Positions 8,409-14,991 of a stretch of DNA of 15,541 nucleotides are shown here, piece after piece (position 1 is the stretch's first letter; every line of letters begins with the position of its first letter). Under the pieces are notes generated by a model, which ran no database searches, was not told the origin of the DNA, and saw only the letters and a list, made by a program, of their open reading frames with translations. The stretch is from Anaerolineae bacterium. Lineage in GTDB: Bacteria; Chloroflexota; Anaerolineae; Epilineales; Epilineaceae. Made by a program: the position numbers and the translations under genes. The stretch is taken from positions 1 to 15,541 of the forward strand of contig JAJCYU010000001.1 in assembly GCA_029262755.1 (NCBI GenBank), in the 5' to 3' direction.

Positions 8409-9143
8409 CTACATGCGGTGTCCACCGTTAACGCTGATTACCTGGCCGTTGATGTAGCCGCCCGCAACCGGCGAGAGGAGCATGGCCACCGGCCACGCGA
8501 TCTCCATCGGGTCGGCAAAGCGGCCGGCCGGGATCTCCGCCGCGATGTTCGCGCGGATCTCCTCCGGTACGGCCAGCGTCATGTCAGTGTTCGCGAAGCC
8601 GGGCGCCACGATGTTGGTCCGCACGCCCTTGCGCGCACCCTCGACCGCGAGCGTCTTGCCGAGGCCGATGATGCCGGCCTTCGAGGCCGCATAGTTGGCC
8701 TGCCCTAAGCCGCCGCGTTCGCCGATGATGGAGCTGATCAGGACGATCGCGCCCTCGCCGTGCTCACGCAGTACGGGAAATGCCGGGCGGACCGTGTTGT
8801 AGACACCGGTCAGGTTGACGTTGATCACGGCGTCCCAATCGCGATGGGTCATCTTGTGGAACATTCCGTCGCGCGTGACGCCGGCATTGGCGACGACCCC
8901 GAAGAGCGGGCCGAGCTCGCTCTCGATCGTCTCGACCGCGCGCTCCATCTCGCCGGGATAGGTGACGTCCGCGTGGATGGCCAACGATCCGTGCTCGCGC
9001 TTGTTCTCGCTGCGATCCGTGAAGGCGACGCGCGCCCCCAGGGCCTCGAGCAGCAGCACCACGCGGCGCCCGATGCCACGATTCCCGCCGGTGACAAGGA
9101 TTACCTTGTCCTCAAGCCCGAGCGAGGTATTGATTTCGGTCAC
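8409..9143 (-). CDS. phaB: Acetoacetyl-CoA reductase PhaB (SDR family), 244 aa from GTG 9143; alternative start ATG 9299 gives 296 aa
   Basis: Motifs TGGNRGIG, VANAG, NVNL, ISS, GQANYAASK (YxxxK) and APGF. AGGAG lies 6 nt upstream of GTG 9143. It sits between phaC and phaA. Confidence 0.9.
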   Translation of the reverse strand: MTEINTSLGLEDKVILVTGGNRGIGRRVVLLLEALGARVAFTDRSENKREHGSLAIHADVTYPGEMERAVETIESELGPLFGVVANAGVTRDGMFHKMTHRDWDAVINVNLTGVYNTVRPAFPVLREHGEGAIVLISSIIGERGGLGQANYAASKAGIIGLGKTLAVEGARKGVRTNIVAPGFANTDMTLAVPEEIRANIAAEIPAGRFADPMEIAWPVAMLLSPVAGGYINGQVISVNGGHRM

Positions 9144-9285
9144 GATCTTCTCCTGAGGCGCGGAGATACCGGAGGCAGCGTCCGCGGGATGGGGTTGCGA
9201 ATGGATGTCGACGGCGGGTGCGTTGGGATCGGGCTCGTGATCGACGTCCGCATCGGGCGCCACGTCCACGGTCTCGTCCGTGGCG

Positions 9286-10374
9286 TCAGGAGCGTTCATC
9301 AAGCCACGCGACGAGCGCCTTGGGCAACGTGCCCTGGACCTTAGCGCTGACATACATACCGATGTGCCCGACCGGGTAGGTCAGCTCTTCGTAGTCATCC
9401 GTGCCGACGTGCTCGGCGAGAGCCTTGGACGAAGCCGGCGGAACGAGGTGGTCCAACTCGGCATATACGTTGAGCACGGGCATGGTCACCGCGCCGAGAT
9501 CCACCTGCCTGCCCCCGATCTCGACCTCGCCTTTGATCAGCTTGTTCTGCTGATAGAAGTCCTTGAGGAATTCCCGATAGGCCTCGCCGGCCTGGTCCGG
9601 GCTATCGAAGATCCATTTCTCCATGCGCAGGAAGTTGCGCAGCTTGCGCTCATCATGCGCCACCTCGAGCAGGCCCGCGTACTTGGCGACGTTCAGCTGG
9701 AAGGGCTTGAGCATCACGAATCCGAGATTCATGAAGTCGCCCGGGATGTTCCCCATTGCGTCGACCATGGCGTCGATATCCATATGCTGCGCCCAGACGT
9801 TGAGAATTCCCCGCTCTTCCGGCTCGCCGGCGTGGAAATCCACCGGCGCGACCATCGTGATCAAGCTCTTCAGCTTTTCGGGATGGAGCGAGGCATAGCA
9901 AAGGCTGAACGCGCCGCCCTGGCAGATGCCGAGCAGGTGAATGGCATCCTGCCCACTGGCCGTCCTGACCGCGTCCACGCAACCGCCGAGATAGCCCTCG
10001 ATGTAGTCCTCAAGGGTGAGCCAGCGGTCGGCGCGGGTCGGGTAGCCCCAGTCGATGAGATACACATCGAGCCCCTGCTCCAGAAGGGAACGCACAAGCG
10101 AGCGATCTTCCTGAAGATCGACCATATAGGGCCGATTGACCAACGCGTACGAGATCAGGAGCGGCACGGGCTTGGGATTATCCACGACAGGTGTGTAGCG
10201 GTAGAGCGTCACCCGATCCTGGCTCCACACGGCCTCCTTGGGAGAGGCGCCGATGTGGATGTCGTCGACGTCGATGCGCGAGAGCGCGTCGATGGCCGTC
10301 AGGGACTTGCGGCCCAGTTCGGTCATCTCGCCCAGGACTTCCTGGGGACCGAAGCCCAACGGTGCGTGCATCAT
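9286..10374 (-). CDS. phaC: Class III PHA synthase catalytic subunit PhaC, 362 aa
   Basis: Motifs YALVNRPYMVDLQ, YLIDWGYP, lipase box GICQGG (Cys151), FLRMEKWIFDSPDQAGE, DHLVPP (Asp) and GHIG (His). The size fits class III. ATGA overlaps the phaE stop and a GGAGG RBS is present. Confidence 0.97.
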   Translation of the reverse strand: MMHAPLGFGPQEVLGEMTELGRKSLTAIDALSRIDVDDIHIGASPKEAVWSQDRVTLYRYTPVVDNPKPVPLLISYALVNRPYMVDLQEDRSLVRSLLEQGLDVYLIDWGYPTRADRWLTLEDYIEGYLGGCVDAVRTASGQDAIHLLGICQGGAFSLCYASLHPEKLKSLITMVAPVDFHAGEPEERGILNVWAQHMDIDAMVDAMGNIPGDFMNLGFVMLKPFQLNVAKYAGLLEVAHDERKLRNFLRMEKWIFDSPDQAGEAYREFLKDFYQQNKLIKGEVEIGGRQVDLGAVTMPVLNVYAELDHLVPPASSKALAEHVGTDDYEELTYPVGHIGMYVSAKVQGTLPKALVAWLDERS

Positions 10375-11963
10375 GCGGTCCCTCCGTCAGCCTGCTTGGG
10401 CGCCGGCTTGGTCTTGGCTTTGGTCGTCGGCTTCTTGGCGGCCGTCGACTTCTTGGCGGCCGTCGACTTTTTGGCGGCCGTCGACTTTTTGGCCGCTGAT
10501 GGCTTCTTCACTGCCGTCGGCTTCTCGGCGGTCGCTGCCGGCGTCGGAGTCTTCGTTTCGGCCGGCTTGCCATCGGTCCGCGCACGCGTGGTCGATGCCG
10601 GCTTCGAGGCCGGCTTCGCCTTCTTGGCAACGGACGGCTTGCTCGTCGGCGCCGGTTTCTTCGCGCTCGACGGCTTCTTCGCAGTCGACGGCTTCGTGGC
10701 CGGTGCCGCCTTCGTCGTCGTGCTGCGCAATTCGGCCGCCGGCTTCGCGACCGTCTTGACCGCGGGCTTCACCACGGTCTGCGCCGCGGCGGATTGCGCG
10801 TTTCGCGACGTCGCCACCCCGTCACCCTTTCGGGCGTCGAGTTCCCTGCGCAGCGCGCGTACCTCACGCTTGAGTTCGTGGATGGCCTGGAAGGCCTCGT
10901 CGAGCTCGGATCGCGTGGCGATGTCCGTGCCGCGGAGCACGGATTCGATGATCGTGCGCTCATGGCCACGATACCGCATTGCGGCGTCGAGCATGGCGCC
11001 CTGGGCCGCGGCATAGCGGTCCGTGCGGAACGCACGCTCGAGCACCGTGTCCGTTTCATCCGTCCAGAGCATGAAGAGCGCGGCCATGGAATCCACGGGC
11101 TCGCCCTGTTCAGCGCGTGACTGCAGGGCGCCGAGGAAGGTCGTCACGGCCTCGGTCCACGCCTCACCGTACACGGCTTGGTACGCGAACGTCGCCTGGC
11201 GCCATTCGACCCACGACTCGAAGCCGTTGATCAAGCGCTCTTCCGACTCGCGGTTGAGTCCAAGACGCGGGCCTTCCATCAGCCGTCCGCCCGTGTTCTC
11301 CCACGTCTCTGCGAACATCTGCGTGAACGCGGCCATGTCGGTCGGCCTGCCTGCAGCGGCGTCGGCCATCACGCCCATGGTGCGGCTGAGCGTGTTCGTC
11401 CACGGCCCGATCATGCGCGTGACGCCCGCCACGTAGAGCCGCCATAACTCAGCGCTGTCGGCCGCCGTATCGGCCGTGGCGCCGTTGCCGTTGGTACCGC
11501 CCCACCCGGTCATGCCGGAGAGGGGTGCCACGCTATCGCGGAGACGCTCGCCGAACGCGGCCAAGGCCGTGGCCCAATCGCCGTCGCCGGTCGCGTCGGC
11601 GGCCATTTCGCGCCAGGCGTCCATCATCGCGCCCGCGAAGCGCATGCCCGTTTGCTGGCTTTCGATGACCTTGTCCGCCACATCGCGTGTGATGGGGTCG
11701 GCGCCGGATGTCCACGCCGCAGTCGTCTGCTCCGCCATACGTCGCCATGTGTCGGCGATGCTCGACATATCGGGCATTCCGGGCATGCCGGCCATTCCAG
11801 GCATGCCGCCGCCCCATGCCGCGGACGGCTGCGTGCTGGCGTACGGAGCCGCCGTGGTCCGGTCGGCCCACGTACGCCACGCATCGCGCTGGGCGTCGGC
11901 CCACGCGTCCATCATGGCGCTCATTTGAGCGTTCATTTGGGCGTTCCATTCGGGCTGGTTCAC
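10371..11963 (-). CDS. phaE: Class III PHA synthase subunit PhaE with long Lys/Ala/Pro/Thr-rich C-terminal extension, 530 aa from GTG 11963
   Basis: Directly upstream of and coupled to phaC. PhaE-like segments PRLGLNRE..L..GF.SW, LF.LW...D..L..AF....Y and ATRSELDEAFQAIHELKREVRAL are present. GTGA overlaps the upstream stop (11963-11960). An alternative ATG lies at 11936. Confidence 0.88.
   Translation of the reverse strand: MNQPEWNAQMNAQMSAMMDAWADAQRDAWRTWADRTTAAPYASTQPSAAWGGGMPGMAGMPGMPDMSSIADTWRRMAEQTTAAWTSGADPITRDVADKVIESQQTGMRFAGAMMDAWREMAADATGDGDWATALAAFGERLRDSVAPLSGMTGWGGTNGNGATADTAADSAELWRLYVAGVTRMIGPWTNTLSRTMGVMADAAAGRPTDMAAFTQMFAETWENTGGRLMEGPRLGLNRESEERLINGFESWVEWRQATFAYQAVYGEAWTEAVTTFLGALQSRAEQGEPVDSMAALFMLWTDETDTVLERAFRTDRYAAAQGAMLDAAMRYRGHERTIIESVLRGTDIATRSELDEAFQAIHELKREVRALRRELDARKGDGVATSRNAQSAAAQTVVKPAVKTVAKPAAELRSTTTKAAPATKPSTAKKPSSAKKPAPTSKPSVAKKAKPASKPASTTRARTDGKPAETKTPTPAATAEKPTAVKKPSAAKKSTAAKKSTAAKKSTAAKKPTTKAKTKPAPKQADGGTA
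10431..10502 (-). repeat. 18-bp coding tandem repeat (STAAKK x3 plus PSAAKK) in the PhaE tail
   Basis: Plus strand CTT(C/T)TTGGCGGCCGTCGA at 10431, 10449 and 10467, with a degenerate copy at 10485. Confidence 0.9.
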
Positions 11964-12481
11964 GCGCCGGAGCCCGAGCTGTCGGACGAAGCGGCGCCCT
12001 TCGACGTCGGTCCGCCCCAGGACTGCATCCACTGCGCCTGCATGTCGGCCATGCGGGTCGCGGCGTCCTGCCATGCGCCGGTGAACGCCTCGGTCGGCGT
12101 CGCGGGACGCGCGGGACCCATCGATGCCGCGGCATCGAAGTAGGCGCTCCAGAGTTGGCGTTGCGCGTCCAACCACTCGGTCATCATGGCGCTACCCTGC
12201 TTGGCCCACTCGGCCGTGGCCTCGGGCCCCTCGATCGTGGCGCCCGTCTCGTTCCAGCGCTCGATCCAGCCGGCCTGGAGCGCCAACGCGCCCTCGACCG
12301 ACTCGCGCCAAGCGGCGAGCATGCGTTCCCAAGCTACACCGGGCGCAGCGGCGCCGCCGCCGGCGGCCGGGGGCACGCCCACGGCTGTCGCGGCGCGCGA
12401 CCATTGTTCCCATGCCGCCCGCTGTCCCTCGAGCCATGCCTGCGACATTTCCGCAGACTGCTTCGACCAATCCGTCGTCAT
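11960..12481 (-). CDS. Trp-rich helical repeat protein, putative PHA granule-associated protein, 173 aa
   Basis: GGAGGT RBS precedes ATG 12481. It has 14 Trp in 173 aa and an internally duplicated amphipathic pattern. Its stop overlaps the phaE start. Function is inferred from context only. Confidence 0.75.
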   Translation of the reverse strand: MTTDWSKQSAEMSQAWLEGQRAAWEQWSRAATAVGVPPAAGGGAAAPGVAWERMLAAWRESVEGALALQAGWIERWNETGATIEGPEATAEWAKQGSAMMTEWLDAQRQLWSAYFDAAASMGPARPATPTEAFTGAWQDAATRMADMQAQWMQSWGGPTSKGAASSDSSGSGA

Positions 12482-12512
12482 GCTCTACCTCCGCCTTCGA
12501 TGCTGGAATGCG

Positions 12513-12552
12513 GACGGCGGAAGCGGCCCCCTTGGGGAGCCGCTTCCGCGTC
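12513..12552 (-). terminator. Intercistronic stem-loop (weak terminator or mRNA-stabilising hairpin)
   Basis: GCGGAAGCGGC (12517-12527) pairs with GCCGCTTCCGC (12539-12549), with inner CCCC/GGGG. No U-tract follows on the minus strand. Confidence 0.6.
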
Positions 12553-12614
12553 ACGCTCAATCGTTGCTGTGGACGCCCGGTCGCCGTGCGTAGCGCGGCG
12601 GGACCGCAGCGGCG

Positions 12615-13073
12615 CTAGTTGGTGGACTTGACCTTGGTGCTGGTGGTCTTCGTGCCATTGCTCTTGGCCGAGGAACCGTTGGTCGCCATCGGCGACGCGA
12701 CGGCCATCCACTCACCCATGTTGTTCTGCATGACGTCGGTCTGGGCCTGGAGGGCCTTGCCGGCCTCACGCGACCAGGACTGCGACGCTTCGGTCATCGA
12801 CTTCATGCTCTTGCTGGCGCGGTCCCAGCTCTTCTCCATCTCGCTACGGGCGCCTTCGAACACGTCGAGCGCCAGGTTCTGCTCACGCTTGGAGATGTCG
12901 GTGTTGCGCTTGGCGACGTCCGCGGCCATCTGGCTCCAGGACTCGCGCCAACCCGTCCACGCGTCCATCGATGCGCGGGTGGTCTCGAGCCACGTGGCGT
13001 TCAAGCCGTTCAGCTGCTCGGTGACCTGCTCGAAGTTGGCCTTCATCTGCTCGTTCATGGTCTCGTTCTTCAT
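12615..13073 (-). CDS. Putative phasin (PhaP-like amphipathic helical protein), 152 aa
   Basis: AAGGAG lies 6 nt before ATG 13073. The sequence is M/Q/E/A/S/W-rich and helical-looking with almost no Pro and a short K/T/S tail. It heads the pha cluster and is followed by a strong hairpin. Confidence 0.7.
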   Translation of the reverse strand: MKNETMNEQMKANFEQVTEQLNGLNATWLETTRASMDAWTGWRESWSQMAADVAKRNTDISKREQNLALDVFEGARSEMEKSWDRASKSMKSMTEASQSWSREAGKALQAQTDVMQNNMGEWMAVASPMATNGSSAKSNGTKTTSTKVKSTN

Positions 13074-13166
13074 GATTCGCTCCTTGTCGCCCCGTAGGGC
13101 AGGCCGGGCATGGCCCGGCATTGGGTTCTAGGTCTCGGAGGGCGCCTGAGCGCTCCGACAGTGACA

Positions 13167-13197
13167 AGGATAGGCAGAGCAGTTGCCGCCGAGTTAC
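13167..13197 (-). promoter_or_regulatory. Candidate promoter: -10 TATCCT with upstream 11-bp-period direct repeat G(T/C)AACT
   Basis: Minus strand reads GTAACT-cggcg-GCAACT-(8 nt)-TATCCT. No recognisable -35 is present. Confidence 0.45.
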
Positions 13198-13267
13198 ACG
13201 GCGTGCGTTTCGATCTGTGGAGGGAGATCTGCGGTGGGAGATTCGTCGTTCCTTGGCCCGCGATCCG

Positions 13268-14110
13268 CTACGAATCGCCGATCGCGGCCTCGTAGACCGT
13301 GCGCGTCTCCGTCAGCGGCTCCAGACCGAGCTCGGCAAGGGCGGCGACACACTGTCGCCACGCCATCTCGGCCTGCGCTCGATCGCCGAGCACGCGGTGA
13401 GCACGCATGCGCAGGCGCCACGCGGACTCCCACGTGGCGTCGAAGGAGAGCGCGCGCTGGGCAAGCCGGAGGCTCTCCAGGGTTTCGTCTTCCAGCAGCA
13501 GCGACGCGGCCCGGGTCATCGCGCCGAGCGCCAAGACGTGGAGTCGCTCGCGCTCCAGCGTGCTCCAGTCGTCGTAGCGCCTCTCCGGCAAGTACTCGCC
13601 ACCGTACAACTCCGCGGCGGCCTGATCATGCGCGATCACCGCGTCGCGGTTGCCGGCGCCCATCGCACGGTTGGCGGCGGTGCCGTGCGCGTCGAGCGCC
13701 ACGGCGTCGATCCACACCTCCGGCGCGAGTCCATAGGCCTGTCCCAAACGCTGCACGAAGCGAGGCTCCGCCCGCGGCGCCCGCTCCGGCTCGATTGCGC
13801 GCATGACGGCGTTGAGCGCCACCTTGAAGTCACGCTCGCCTGCTTCTGGCGTCAAGCCCGGCCACAGCGTGTCGACGATCTGCTCCCGCTCTTGGCGGCG
13901 CGCACGCATCGTGACCAGGTATTGCAATAGCTGCAGCGCTTTGTCGCGCCGCCAGGTCGAGGGAGGCAAAGCGTGACCGTCGCGCCAGACTTGAAAGCCA
14001 CCGAGCGTCGCCACCGCCAACGCCGCGTCGCCCGCCTCGGCCGGTGGGCCGAGGCGGGCGATCGCTACCGTGGCGCGCTTCGGGGCGCGTTCCGAAGGAG
14101 GCTCGAGCAT
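13268..14110 (-). CDS. SARP/AfsR-family transcriptional regulator (winged-helix + BTAD, no ATPase domain), 280 aa
   Basis: Motifs TLGGFQVWRDG, WRRDKALQLLQYL, REQIVDTLWP, VWIDA, LYGGEYLPE.RYDDW..LERERL and D.TWESAWRLRM...LG.RAQA...C...L.ELGLEP. ATG 14110 is preceded by TACAAT (14125-14120). Confidence 0.9.
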   Translation of the reverse strand: MLEPPSERAPKRATVAIARLGPPAEAGDAALAVATLGGFQVWRDGHALPPSTWRRDKALQLLQYLVTMRARRQEREQIVDTLWPGLTPEAGERDFKVALNAVMRAIEPERAPRAEPRFVQRLGQAYGLAPEVWIDAVALDAHGTAANRAMGAGNRDAVIAHDQAAAELYGGEYLPERRYDDWSTLERERLHVLALGAMTRAASLLLEDETLESLRLAQRALSFDATWESAWRLRMRAHRVLGDRAQAEMAWRQCVAALAELGLEPLTETRTVYEAAIGDS

Positions 14111-14260
14111 GTCGCTCCGATTGTAGAAGGGCCACGCGGGCGCCGCCAGCGATGGGTGGAGGAGGCCCGCGAGCACCGGGGCGCCACGGCACTCGTCGTC
14201 GCGTAGGGTGCTCGCATTGGATCCGCGCCCGTCCCGCGCACCGGCCGTCGGTGCCGCGCC

Positions 14261-14587
14261 TCAGGCATCGCGCCGGCCGCGCCGCGGTGGACTGCCGCGC
14301 CGCGCTGACCTGCCGGCGGCGCGAACCACGTGGTCGTGCGCGTCGGCGAGAGACGTCGCCACTGCCACCGGTTCTCCGCCATCGGGCCATGCGTCCACGA
14401 TCAGGTTCCAGGCAGCGTCCAGCGTTTCCTCCGTCCAGTCTTCATCGCCGGCGTCGACGCCGGACACCACCGCCCACGCCGCATCGAACGCGGCCATGCG
14501 TTCGGAGATCGGTGCATCGGGGTGGGCGCGGCAGGCGCGTCGGCTGATCTTCACGGCCAGGTCAAGCTGCTTCTCACGCAAGGTCAT
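14261..14587 (-). CDS. Small hypothetical protein, 108 aa
   Basis: GGAGG lies 8 nt before ATG 14587. Helical-looking sequence with DAAW occurring twice and an Arg-rich C-terminus. Confidence 0.7.
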   Translation of the reverse strand: MTLREKQLDLAVKISRRACRAHPDAPISERMAAFDAAWAVVSGVDAGDEDWTEETLDAAWNLIVDAWPDGGEPVAVATSLADAHDHVVRAAGRSARRGSPPRRGRRDA

Positions 14588-14771
14588 TCGGACATCCTCC
14601 AATGGGAGGGGCGGTATGGATTGGATCCGTGGGCTCGTGCTCGGCGCGGCAGAAAATCGCAGCGCTGCGGGAAGCCCGGGCGGACGGCGGTTGAACGCGA
14701 ACGCCGGCGCTCGGGTTCCAAGGGGCGTGCTAGCCTGTCGTGGGGACGAGAGCAGCACACGAAGCACCCAA

Positions 14772-14814
14772 GGGAGCGCGCCCGTGCCGGCCACGGGCGC
14801 CTCCCGTTTCATTT
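14772..14814 (+). terminator. Intrinsic terminator on the plus strand
   Basis: GGGAG-c-GCGCCCGTG / CACGGGCGC-CTCCC forms a 14-bp stem with one bulge and a 5-nt loop, followed by GTTTCATTT. Confidence 0.75.
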
Positions 14815-14991
14815 GGTGTTGTGTATGGTGAGGCGGAGCATCGTTCGAAGAAGCACCTGACGACCGCCGTTGCGCGCAAAGCTGACGATTGCGAGGATCG
14901 AAGTTTGTGCGGAGTTGCCGGCTCCCGTCAGCGAACGCCCAGGTCGCGACGGCCCCGATTGCGCAGGCCAGTTTTGGAAAAGGAGAACGCG

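Noticed and set aside
9286..10374. Lower GC in phaC as evidence of recent horizontal transfer
   Set aside because: Third codon positions remain mostly G/C and amino-acid composition can explain the dip. No integrase, transposase, tRNA or flanking repeats are seen.
9280..11016. 578-aa plus-strand ORF with hydrophobic DFLAAV repeats
   Set aside because: It is an antisense shadow of phaC/phaE. The repeats are the reverse complement of the STAAKK repeats.
11964..12176. 71-aa N-terminal extension of PhaE in the ORF track
   Set aside because: It overlaps the 173-aa gene in another frame. The GTGA junction at 11963-11960 is the more plausible start.
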